Positions 35,498-46,250 of a stretch of 64,000 nucleotides of DNA are shown piece by piece (position 1 is the first letter of the stretch; the number at the start of each line of letters is the position of its first letter). The notes beneath the pieces are model-generated. The model saw only the letters and a program-made list of their open reading frames with translations, was not told the origin of the DNA and did no database searches. The translations under genes were made by a program, and so were the position numbers. This DNA comes from Scenedesmus sp. PABB004 (taxonomy: Eukaryota), in the NCBI GenBank assembly GCA_014905635.1, contig JABVCE010000004.1:1550001-1614000 (forward strand). Reading direction: 5' to 3'.

Positions 35498-38140
35498 GCC
35501 GCCGCCGGCCCACCACCGCGCGCGCCGCCGCCGCCGCCCGTGCCGCACCGCGCCCAGGGGCCCGCGCCGGCGCTGCAGAGCTACTTGAACATTGACGCCA
35601 TCGTCGACGCGGCGCACAAGACGGGCGCGCGCGCGGTGCACCCGGGTTATGGCTTCCTCAGCGAGAACGCAGCGTTTGTGGACCGCCTGGGCGACGAGGG
35701 GCTCATCTTTGTGGGGCCGCCCGCCGCCGCGATACGCGCGCTCGGCGACAAGGTCAGGGGCGGCAGCCGCACGCGGCGCGCCGTGCAGGGGCAGCCGCGC
35801 AGGGGCAGCCGCGCAGGGGCAGCCGCACGGTGCTCGACACCCGCGCGCCCCGCGCGCGCGCAGGTCGAGTCGAAGCGCATCGCCGCAGCGGCGGGGCTGT
35901 CCATCATCCCGGGGCACATCGGCGCGGTGGAGGACCCCGACCACGCGGCGGCCGTGGCGGCGGCGATCGGCTATCCGGTCATGGTCAAGGCCAGCGCGGG
36001 CGGCGGCGGCAAGGGCATGCGCGTTGCGTGGAACGAGGTGCGGCGGGGCGGGCGGCGGCGGACGGGGCGGGGTTGGACGGGGAGGGAGCTCGAGCGCGCC
36101 CGCGGCCGCAGCAGCGCGCGGCGGCGCCGCCGGGGCTGCGAGCCCGAGCGCGCGCCCGCGCCGCGGCGCAGACGGAGCTGCGCGAGGCGGTGCCGCTGGC
36201 CAAGGCGGAGGCGATGGCGTCGTTCGGCGACGACACGCTGCTGGTGGAGAAGTACGTGGCGGGGGCGCGGCACATCGAGTTCCAGGCGCGCGCCGCGGAG
36301 CACGCCGTTTGGCGGGGCGAGGCGGAACCGGGTTGGCGGGGGCGCGGCGAGCGCAACGACGGCCGCGCGCCGCCCGCCGCAGGTGGTGGGGGACCACTTT
36401 GGGCACCTCGTGTGGCTGCCGGAGCGCGACTGCAGCATCCAGCGGCGCAACCAAAAGGCGCGGCGCCGCGTGCGCCGCCCGTGCCGCCCGGGGCGACCGC
36501 GCGCGCCCGCCCGCGCCCACGCGGAGGGGGCGCGCTGGCGGGCCGGCCCGCGTGGCCCAAGCAGGTGATCGAGGAGTCGCCCAGCCCCTTCATCACGCCC
36601 GAGGTGCGCGCCGCGATGGGCGCGCAGGCGGTCGCGCTCGCGGCGGCGGTGGGCTACAACTCCACGGGGTGAGCGAGCCCGCGGCGCGCGCGCGGCGCAG
36701 CCGGGGCGGGGCCCGCGGCGCGCCAGCCCGCGCGGGCCGCCGCGCCTGCCTGCTCACGCCGCGCGCCGCCGCGCGGGGGCCGGGCGGCGCAGCACGGTTG
36801 AGTTTGTGGTTGACCGGGACAGCAAGTTTTACTTCCTGGAGATGAACACACGCCTGCAGGTGAGGTGACCCGCAGCGCGTGACGGGCGCGCGGCGCGACG
36901 GGCGCGCGTGCATGCGGGGCGGGGCGGGGCGCGACCGCGCCGGCGACGGCCGAGAGGGAGAGGGAGAGGGAGAGGGAGAGGGAGAGGGAGAGGGAGAGGA
37001 GAGGGAGAGGGAGAGGGAGAGGGAGAGGGAGAGGGAGAGGAGAGGGAGAGGGAGAGGGAGAGGGAGAGGGAGAGGGAGAGGGAGAGGGAGAGGGAGAGGG
37101 AGAGGGAGAGGGAGAGGGAGAGGGAGAGGGAGAGGGAGAGGGAGAGGTGGGGAGTGAGGGAGCGGCCGCCGCCGCCCGCGTGCAGGTGGAGCACCCCGTG
37201 ACCGAGGCGGTGACGGGGCTGGACCTGGTGCACCTCATGCTGGCCATCGCGGCCAACCAGCGCCTCAACGTCACGCAGGAGCGGGTGCGCTGGACGCGGC
37301 CGCCCCGCGCGCGCGCCGGCGGGGCGCCGCCCGCCACCCACGCCGTCGCCGCGCCGCCCGCGGCGGCGCCGCCAGGCGGCGGCGATCAACGGCCACGCCG
37401 TCGAGGCGCGCGTGTACGCGGAGGACCCCGGCCGCAACTTTGCGCCCTCGCCAGGCCTGCTCAAGGCGCGCGCCGCGCCGGCGCCCGCGCGGCCCGCCCG
37501 CGTGCGCCTAGGCGCCACACTGAGCGTCTAGCCCAACGCCCGCAGGTCTACCGCGAGCCGTCCGGGCCGGGCGTGCGCGTGGACAGCGGCGTGAGCGAGG
37601 GGTGCGACGTGCCGCTGCACTACGACCCGATGCTGGCCAAGCTCATCGCCGCGGGGGCCGACCGGCGGCAGGCGCTGTCGCGCATGGAGGACGCGCTCGA
37701 CAGGTGAGTGGCAAGGGGAAGGGGGGCAGCTCAGGCGGGAGCGGAGGGGCTGGCCAAGGACGCGGCTCGTCGCTGCGCCCTGAGCCCTGAGCCCTGAGCC
37801 CTGAGCCCTGAGCCCTGAGCCCTGAGCCCTGAGCCCTGAGCCCTGAGCCCTGAGCCCTGAGCCCTGAGCCCTGAGCCCGCCGCCGCCACTCCCCCCCCCC
37901 CGCGTCAGGTTTGTGGTGCGCGGCGTCGTGACCAATATGCCCCACGTGCGCAGCTGCCTCGCGCACCCCGCGTTCCAGTCGGGCGGCTACGACACGTCCT
38001 TCATACCCACCTACTACGGCGGAGACAGTGAGAGAGCCGCCCGCGCGCACGCCCTGCCCATGCACCCCGCCGCCGCGCCGCCCCGCGCCGCCGCGCCGCC
38101 CCGCGCCGCCCCGCCGCGCCGCGCGCTGCCCCCCCCCCAT

Positions 38141-38189
<49 letters not shown>

Positions 38190-39268
38190 CGCCGCCGCCG
38201 TGCCACGCCGCGCGCCGCCCGCCAGACGGGCTCAACCCGCTGGCCTTCCCGCTGACGGAGCGGCAGCAGTCGGACCTGTTTGCGGCGGCCGTGTTCACGC
38301 ACGTCCACCGCGCGCTGCGCTTTGACCCGGGCTTCCTTGGCCTCGACCAAAAGTGAGCGAGCGAGCACGCGGGGGCGCCCCGGGGGCTCCAGCGGTGCAG
38401 CCAGCGGCGCAGCGCGGCGCTAGCGCTGTGTCAGGACGGCCGCCGAGCCCGCCGTGCGCGCCCGGGCGAGACGCCCGCCGCCGCCGCGTGCGCGCGCGCG
38501 CGCGCAGGGCGCGGCTGACGCTGACGTGGCGGGACGTGCACAACAGCCGGCTCGTGCCGCTCGAGGTGCTGGTGCGGCCGGCGGGGCTGCAGATGGTCGG
38601 CCGCGAGGGCGTCGACGCGGGCGCGCTCGAGGTGCAGCTGCCCGGCCACGTCGCGTACGTGTGGGCGCGCCGCGGCGACGCCGCCGGCGGCCGCGGCCGC
38701 GAGCCCTACTGCACCTTCCTCCGCCACATGGTCGTCGACGGGCGCGCCATCACGCTGCAGGCGCGGCGCCGCCCCCGCCGCCGCCGCCGCGCAGCGCGGC
38801 CCGCGCCCGCCGCGCCTGCCGCGCCGCGCCCGCCGCGCCCGCCGCGCCCGCCGCGCTCGCCGCGCCCGCCGCGCCCGCTCGCCGCCCCACCGCGCCCGCC
38901 GCGCCCGCCGCGCCGCGCGCGGGGCGCAGGTCGCGCGCTTCATCCCGCGCGGCGTGGTGCTGCAGTACCTCGGCGCGCAGCGCGAGCTCTACGTCGAGTC
39001 GCCCGCCGCCGCGGCGCTCGCGCGCCACATGCCGCCGCCGCACGTGAGCGGCGCGAGCCGCGTCGTGCGCGCGCCGATGACGGGGACGCTGGTGGAGGTG
39101 CTGGTGCAGCGCGGCGCGGAGGTGCGGGCGGGGGACGACCTGGCGGTCATCGAGGCGATGAAGATGCGCAATGCCATCAAGGCCGCCCGCACCGGCATCG
39201 TGCACGAGGTGCTCGCCGAGGCGGGGCAGGTCGTGACCGCGGACCAGCCGCTGCTCAAGTTTTGGTGA
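35000..39268 (+). CDS. PCCA: Biotin carboxylase + biotinyl domain subunit, most like propionyl-CoA carboxylase alpha (mitochondrial)
   Basis: [71 protein letters not shown] and [13 protein letters not shown] and MKMxN are PCC-type rather than MCC-type (RRHQK, MKMEH). Confidence 0.8.
36952..37147. repeat. (GGGAGA)n purine microsatellite inside a PCCA intron
   Basis: About 195 nt of GGGAGA units with two 5-nt variants, read directly. Confidence 0.97.
37778..37875. repeat. (CCCTGAG)14 perfect heptamer repeat inside a PCCA intron
   Basis: 98 nt, equal to 14 perfect units. Confidence 0.97.
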
Positions 39269-39522
39269 CGCGCACGATGGCCCCAGCGGCGGCGGCGGCG
39301 GCGGGGCGCCCTCTCTGTGGCCCGCCGGGCCGCTCGGTAAAAACGGCTAGTGCCGAACGAGGGCCTTGCCACGCAGAGCCCTAGTCGGCTGTCACTCGTC
39401 GCGCCGCAGCCTTTGCCCGTCCGTGGCTCTAGCGCGGACCGCTGAACGTGCGGGGCCGATCATTCCTCGCCAGGCCGAGCCCCTGCGCGCCGATCGTCAC
39501 CCTTTTGCGCCAGGCGGCGGCC

Positions 39523-41523
39523 ATGAAGCACCGGCGCGCAGCCCTGGCCGGGCTGCTGCTTCTCTTTGCGGCCAGTGCCACGGCGGGGCGCGATGGCGCC
39601 GCCCCGCGGGCAGCGCAGCCCGCGGAGCGCCGCGGCGGCACCGGCGGCAGCAGCGCCGGCGACGCTGCCGGCCTCCCGCCGGCGCTCAAGGACCTCATCA
39701 CTCGCCTCCCCAAGGCCGAGCTCCACATCCACATCGAGGGCACGCTCGAGCCGGAGGTGCAGCTCGCCGGCCGCTACCGCGCGCCGCCGGCGGGTGCCGA
39801 CCGCTGCAGCGCGCCGGGTGCCGACGGGTGCCGCCGCCGCCGCCCGCAGCTCATGTTTGACCTGGCGGCGCGCAACAACGTGACCCTGCCCTACGCCGAC
39901 GTCGCGGAGGCCAGGGCCGCGCGGTGCGCGCCCGGGCAGGCGCGCCGCGGCTCGCCGCGCCGCGCCCTGGCCTCGACCCGCCCCGCCGCCCCGCCGTGCA
40001 GGTCCAACTTCAAGGACCTCGCTGACTTCATTGCCGCCTACCGCGCCGCCATGGCGGTGCTGCTCACGCGCCAGGACTTTGAGGCGCGCGCGCGCGCGCG
40101 CGACCGCGCCCGCGCGGTGGCTGCCGCCCGGCCGCGCTGCGGCGCGCCGCGCGCCGCGCGCCGCGCGCGCCTCAGCGGCCGTCGGCGCCGCGCGCAGGAC
40201 CTCGCCGCCGCGTACCTTGAGCGCGCGGCCGCCAACAACGTGACGCACGCCGAGATCTTCGTTGACGTGCAGAACCACGTCAGCCGGTGCGGCGCCGCCC
40301 CGCCCGCACGCCCCGCACGCCGCGCGCCCGCCCGACCCCCCGCCTGCCCGCCCCCGCCCCGTCGCCAGGGGCGTGCCCGCCGCGACGGTGTTTGGCGGCC
40401 TGCAGGCGGCGATCGACGCGCGGCGCGCGCACCCGACCGCGCCGGTGGACGCCGCGCTCATCCTGTGCATTGCCCGCGACCTGGGCGAGGCCGACGCGGC
40501 GGCGACGCTCGCGCGCTCCCTGCCCTACGTGCCCCGCCTCGCCGCGATCGGGCTGGCCAGCACCGAGCTCGGCTACCCGCCGTCGATGGTGCGCGGCGCA
40601 GGCGGCAGCGGGCGCGGCGCCGGCGGCACGGGGCCGGCGGGGCGTGGGGGCGCGACGGGGCGCGGCGGGCGCGGCGGCGCGCGCGAACTCGCCCGCCGGC
40701 CCGCCGCCGCCGCTGGCCCCGCCAGTTCAAGCGCGTGTACGCGACCGCGGGGCTGCTGGGGCTCAACAAGGTCGCCCACGCGGGTGCGCGCGGCGACGCC
40801 CGCGGCGGGGCTGCGGCGCGCGCGGCCCCCGCCGCCCCGCGCGGCGCGCGGCACCCGACCCTGCCTCTCCCTCCCCCCCCCCCCCCTTGGCGGCTGGCAG
40901 GCGAGGAGGGCGGGCCGGACTACGTGTGGTCGGCGCTGCGCGACCTGCGCGTGGCGCGCGTGGACCACGGCATTCGCTCGATCGAGGACCCCGCCCTCGT
41001 CGCCTACATGGCCGCCGCGCGCACGCCCATCACGCTCTGCCCGCTCTCAAACCTCCGACTCAAGGCGCGCCACAGCGCGCGGCGCGGGCGCCGTCGCCGC
41101 GCCCCGGCCGCTCCCCGGCCGCCCGCCGCCGCCCGCCCGCGCGCGCACGCGCGCCCGCCCGCGCCCTCACGTCCGCCCGCCCGCCCGCCCGGCGCGCTGC
41201 CACTCCAGGTGTACGCGGGGCAGCTCGAGGCCAAGCTGCGCGAGGTGCTGGGCTCGGGGCTGTTTGTGACGATCAACAGCGACGACCCCGCCTTCTTCGG
41301 CGGCTACGTCAACGCCAACTACGCCTACATCGCCGGCGTCGCGGGCCTCGGGGCCGACGAGCTCGCCCGCCTCGCGCGCAACTCGTTCACAGCGAGCTTC
41401 ATCCCCGGCGGCGCCAAGCTCGCGGCGCTCGCGGCCGTGCGCGACGCGCTCGCCGCGTGGCGCGCGGAGCAGCCGAGCGGCGCGTCGCCGGCGCCGGCGC
41501 CAGCGCTTGTCGCGCAGCTGTGA
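39523..41523 (+). CDS. Adenine/adenosine deaminase family protein with predicted signal peptide
   Basis: MKHRRAALAGLLLLFAASATAG; LPKAELHIHIEGTLEPE; VAHAGEEG; RVDHG; LCPLSN; TINSDDPAFFGGY. Confidence 0.9.
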   Translation: MKHRRAALAGLLLLFAASATAGRDGAAPRAAQPAERRGGTGGSSAGDAAGLPPALKDLITRLPKAELHIHIEGTLEPEVQLAGRYRAPPAGADRCSAPGADGCRRRRPQLMFDLAARNNVTLPYADVAEARAARCAPGQARRGSPRRALASTRPAAPPCRSNFKDLADFIAAYRAAMAVLLTRQDFEARARARDRARAVAAARPRCGAPRAARRARLSGRRRRAQDLAAAYLERAAANNVTHAEIFVDVQNHVSRCGAAPPARPARRAPARPPACPPPPRRQGRARRDGVWRPAGGDRRAARAPDRAGGRRAHPVHCPRPGRGRRGGDARALPALRAPPRRDRAGQHRARLPAVDGARRRRQRARRRRHGAGGAWGRDGARRARRRARTRPPARRRRWPRQFKRVYATAGLLGLNKVAHAGARGDARGGAAARAAPAAPRGARHPTLPLPPPPPPWRLAGEEGGPDYVWSALRDLRVARVDHGIRSIEDPALVAYMAAARTPITLCPLSNLRLKARHSARRGRRRRAPAAPRPPAAARPRAHARPPAPSRPPARPPGALPLQVYAGQLEAKLREVLGSGLFVTINSDDPAFFGGYVNANYAYIAGVAGLGADELARLARNSFTASFIPGGAKLAALAAVRDALAAWRAEQPSGASPAPAPALVAQL

Positions 41524-41845
41524 TCACATGACGGGTCGTGGCAGCGCGCGCTGGCGGCGCGGCCGTCGCGGGTGGGATCTGTTACGCACGTGCGCCGCGC
41601 CGCGCCCCGGCCCGCGCCAGGCGTCCCCCGCGCCCCGCGCGGCCCGCTGCTGCCTATCGCCCCTGCCGCGCCGCCGCCGGCGCCGCGCCCGGTCCGGTAT
41701 CACCGCGCGCCGCAGCTCCGCGCGGCGCGGCGCCGACCACTGTGTCGCCGCCGCGCGCGCGCACGCCCGACCGCCTGCCGCTCGCGCGCGGCCGCCCGCC
41801 CGCCCCGGTCCGCGGCGTTCGCCGACTCGCAGTGCTCAGCCAGCC

Positions 41846-43309
41846 TCAGGCGTTGACGAGGGAGAAGGACTTGATGGTCGTCTGCAGCCGGTCCTTCATC
41901 TTGCCCCAGCGCTTCTCGTTCGCGCCCGTCGTCAGCGTGTAAAACTTGCCTGCGCCGCGATGAGTGGCGGGCGTCGGTGCGCGCGGCCGCCGGCGCGCGC
42001 AGAGCTGCCGGCGCGCCGGGCGCGGGCGCGGCGCGGGCGCGGGCCCGGCGGCGCGCACCGTCGTTCGCGACGACCACGGCGAGCGAGTGGCGCGTGTAGC
42101 GGGGCGTCTTGGCGGTGTACTCAAACTCAAAGTAGTTGTGCCCGCCAGCCTCGCGCTGCGCGCCGCGGGGCGCGCGCATTCAGGGGTGAGGGCGGCGGGG
42201 CGCGGCCGCGGGCGAGACCCGCGGGCGGCGCCGGGCGGCCCGCAAAGGGAGGAGGGCGCGGCACGGCGCGGCGCGGCGCGGCGCACCAGGTTGGTGGAGA
42301 CCACGTCGACCTCCTGGCCCGGTGCGGTCAGCACCTCCTTGGCCAGCGTGTTGGCGACCTGCGCGCGCCGCGGCGCGCCCGCGTGAGCGCGACACGCACG
42401 CCGCCGCCCCCCCCCCCCCCCCCGCCGCCGCCGCCGCGCCGCGCGCCGCGCTGCGCCCCCGCTCGGGCAGCGCCGCCGCCGCCGGCAGCAGCAGCGCGGC
42501 GGCGCGGCGGGCTCACGTCCGCGATGTCGCCAAACTCAGTGACGTCCTTCTTGTCGGTCGGCGTGATGGTCACGCTCACGCTCTCCAGCGGCTCGACCAC
42601 GTCCTTGAACACCACGTCCGCGCCGCCCACGCTCACCTCCTGCCAGCCAAAGGGGTAGAGGAACTGGTAGTTGTCGGTGAGGTCCTGCACCGGGTTGAAC
42701 CCCCGCGGCGCTGCGCGGCGCGCGGGGCGGGCGCGCGGCGCGGCGTCGAGGGGCCCGCCGGCCGCCGGGCGGGCGCGCACGCGGCCGCCGCTAGGCCGGG
42801 CAATGGCCGGCTGGCCGCCGCCGGCGGCAGCAGCGGTCGCGGCGGCGGCCGGTCGCCGGCCACTGGCAGTGGCCGGCGGCGGCGGCGGCCGGCGCGCGCA
42901 CCCTTCGCGGCCTGCGCGGCAGCTGGCAGCAGGCCCGACGACGCCAGCGCGGCGCCCAGCTGCAGCAGCTGCCTCCGGGACGCCTCTGCGACTCGGCGGG
43001 CGGCGGCGGGTGGGCCCGGGCTGCACCGCGCGCACGGCGCCGCCGGGCGCGCGCTGGCCACAGCGCCGCCGCTCCCACCTGGCTGCTGCTGCGCCGCGGC
43101 CGCGGCGACGCACAGCGCGCCCCGGGCGGGCCGGGTGGGCGTGAAGGCCTTCTGCGGGAGCCAATGGGCGGCGTGAGCGCGGGGCTGCGAGGCGTGGCCA
43201 TCGAATCGATCACCCCGCCGCGCCGCGCTCGGCCCGCGCGCAGCCCCCGCACCACGCCCTTGGCGTTGCGCGCCACAGCGCGGCCCTGCGCGCTGCACTT
43301 GAGCGCCAT
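41846..43309 (-). CDS. PPL1: PsbP-like protein 1 (thylakoid lumen)
   Basis: Bipartite transit peptide with a twin-Arg motif (SRRQLLQL...AQA), then YQFLYPFGWQEV...DVVFKDVVEPLESVSV...GKFYTLTTGANEKRWGKMKDRLQTTIKSF. Confidence 0.88.
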
Positions 43310-43547
43310 TGCAGCTCGCGCGAGTGCGGCAGCAGCAGCAGGCGAGAGAGGCCGGGCAGCAGCGGTGGCAGCAGGAGCAGCGCGTGGCGGGGTCAGCTGG
43401 CCGCGAGGAGAGAAGGGCGAGGACGGCTGCAGCACCCGCAGCGAGCGATGCAGCGGTTCTCATGTGCGGGCCCTGACGCCGCACCGCCGCGCGCGACCGC
43501 CGCCCCCGCGGGCCGCGCGGCCGACGAGACGTGACCTCTCACTCGGC

Positions 43548-45794
43548 TCAGCCGTCAGCGGAGAGCAGCACGAGCTTCGGGCCCGGCGGCGCGGGCTCGG
43601 CGGCCGCGGCGGCGCCACTGGCCGCAGCGGGCGCGCCGCCGTCGACGCTGCAGCTGCCCGAGTGCTGCTCCTCGCGCAGCGCGCTGGCCGCCGCCAAGCT
43701 GGCCGCCGCCAAGCTGGCCGCCGCGCTGGCCAGCTCTGGCGCCGCCTCCGCGCCCGCGTCGGCGCCAAGCGCTGAGCACGCCGGGTCGCCCGCGACCGGC
43801 ACGCCCGCCGCCGCCGCGGCCTCGCCGCCCTCGCTGCCCTCGCTGGCGTGCTGCTGCTCGTCCTCCTCGTCCTCCGTCCACGTGGGCAGCTCGTAATAGC
43901 TCTCCGCCTGCGCCCCCGCCCGTCACGCACCGCGGGTGAGCGCGCCGCGGCAGCTAGCCGCGGCGGCGCGGCCGCGGGCGCGCGGCGGCGGCGCGCACGT
44001 GCGGGCGCGGCAGCACCGCGTCGAAGCTCTCGATCGCCGCCTCGTCCCAGCCCGGCGCGGAGAGGTGCGCAACCGCGCCGCGGTTGTTATAGCGCGCCTC
44101 GCCCGCCGCCATGAACTGGGGATAGTCCGGGGCGCTGCCCGGCGCAGCGGCGGCGGCGCGGCGGCGCGGCGGGGCGGCGGTGCGGGTCGGTGCGGGGAGC
44201 AGGGCGAGGCGGCGGGCCGGCGGGGCGCGGCGGAACCGCCGTCCCACCTGAACAGCGTGGCCAGCCGCCCGCCTGCGCGGCAAGCGGCGGGCAGCGGTCG
44301 GGCGGCGCTCGGGCGCGCGCGCGAGTGCCCGCGGCGCGCGCGCAAGCGCCCCCCGGTGCGCGCGCTCACTCGGCCCGACGTGGTCGACCGCCCAGCCGCC
44401 GCTGATGCTGGGCATGCGGTCGCCCTCGACCCGCCGGTCGCGCGCGTCGGGGCCCTCGTGGCTGCGGATGATGAGCCGGACGCCGTTGGAGGCGGCGAGG
44501 AAGGCCTGGGCGGGGGCGGGCGCGGGGCGGGCGGCGCGTGGGTGTGCGGCGCGCGCTGGCTGTGGCGCGCGGGGCCGTGCAGCGGCGGCGGCGCGGGGCG
44601 CGGGGCACCTCTGTCACGTCGGGCCCAAAGACGCAGCCGATGCCGCGCGCGTCGTTCGGGCGCAGCCCGGGCGCGTTCACAGGGTCCGACCACACCACGT
44701 CCGCCGCGACGCTGCTCTTGGCACTGCCTGCGGGGCCGGCGGCGGCGGCGCGGCGCTCGGGGGCGGGAATGCGCGGCGCTCGAGCGCGCTGCCTCGCGCG
44801 CCGCGCCGCGCCGGCACGCACGCTCCGGGTCCGGGTCCTGCCCGCCCTTGCTGGCCTTGCGCAGGTCGTCCAGCGTGCCGACGGTCAGCTGCTGCGGGCC
44901 TGCGGGCGGCGGCGGCGCGGCTGGGCGCCGCCCCGGTCGCCACCGCCGGTGCAGCGCATGCGCGGGCGGGCGCGCGCGCACCCGACGCGCGGCGGCGCTT
45001 GGCGCCCTTGCCCTTGGCGGGCCGCGGCGGCGCGCGGAAGAGGCCGCCGTGCAGGACGAGCGTGCGGCCGCCCACGAGCGCGGCGAGCGGGAGCAGCGCA
45101 AACATGCGGCGCATGTGCAGGAACGCGCCCTGCGGCGCCGGCGGCGGCGTCGGCGGCGGCGGCGGCGCAGCCCTCGCCAAGCGCCGAGCTGGCACAGGCA
45201 CGCGCCGCCGCTCGCTGGCCGCACCGGCCGGCCGCGCGCGCGGCGCACCTTGGCGGCCTTGCCGTACTTGGCGGCCAGCTCGGCGTAGAAGCCGTACACG
45301 CGCGTGACGGTCGCGGACTCGTGGTTGCCGCGCAGCAGGAAGACGTGCGCCGGCAGCGCTACCTTCCACGCGAGCAGCAGCGCGAGCGTCTCCACGCCCC
45401 ACGCGCCGCGGTCGACGTAGTCGCCGTTGAACACGTACGCGCGCTCCGCGCTCGGGTGGCCAAAGAGCTCAAACAGGCGCACCAGGTCGTGGAACTGGCC
45501 GTGCGTGTCGCCCACGACCGTGACGCGCTGCTCCGGCGGCGGCGCGAGCTCCAGCAGCGTCGGCTCCTTGTCCAGCAGCGCCGCCGCGGCCTTGACGAGC
45601 CCCTCGAGCTGCGCCGCAGGCAGCACCTGCGCCGTGGCCGGCACGCCTGCCCAGGTCGCCGCCGCCAGCGCGGCCTGCAGCTGCAGGCACCACGCCGGCG
45701 TCGGCGCGCCGCCCGGCGGCAGCGCCAGCGCGGCGAGCGGCGCTGCTGCTGCTGCTGCCGCGCCGCACGCGGACGCCGCGGCCGCCTGCGCCAT
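43548..45794 (-). CDS. PP7: Serine/threonine protein phosphatase 7 (PPP family)
   Basis: VVGDTHGQFHD, FNGDYVDRGAWG, LRGNHES, HGGLFR, DVVWSDP, IIRSHEGPDAR and TLFSAPDYPQF (plant PP7 signature). Confidence 0.9.
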
Positions 45795-46250
45795 GGAGCT
45801 GCGGGGGCGAACGTCCCACCACGCTCGTGGGGCCGATGCTGCGCCGGCTGCTGCTGCGTGCGGCGGTTGCGGCGGGAGCTCGCTCGAGCAGCGCCGCTCG
45901 TGCCGTCTGCTGCCTGAACGGACGGTGCGGTTGCTGCCGCGCCTGCAGGCGGGGTCGAGGCGGCGCAGCCTTCGGGGCGCGCGGCGGCGGCGGTCGGCGC
46001 TGCGCCCCGGCCGCGCCCTGGGTTCAATTTCAAACGCCGGCCGCGCTCGCCGGCCGCGCCAACCGCCGGCCCGACGAGAGATGCTGCCAGCCTCAGCTGA
46101 GCCTGCCGGCTCACCGGAGGCGCCCGCAGCGATCCGCGCGCCGCCGCCGGGCCCGTCCCCTCCCGCGCCGGCCCGCCGGGTGCCCCGCGCGCGCCGCTGC
46201 GAGCCGCTGGCGCGCCACGGAGGCCTGGCCACCGCCCGCCGGGGGTGCCG

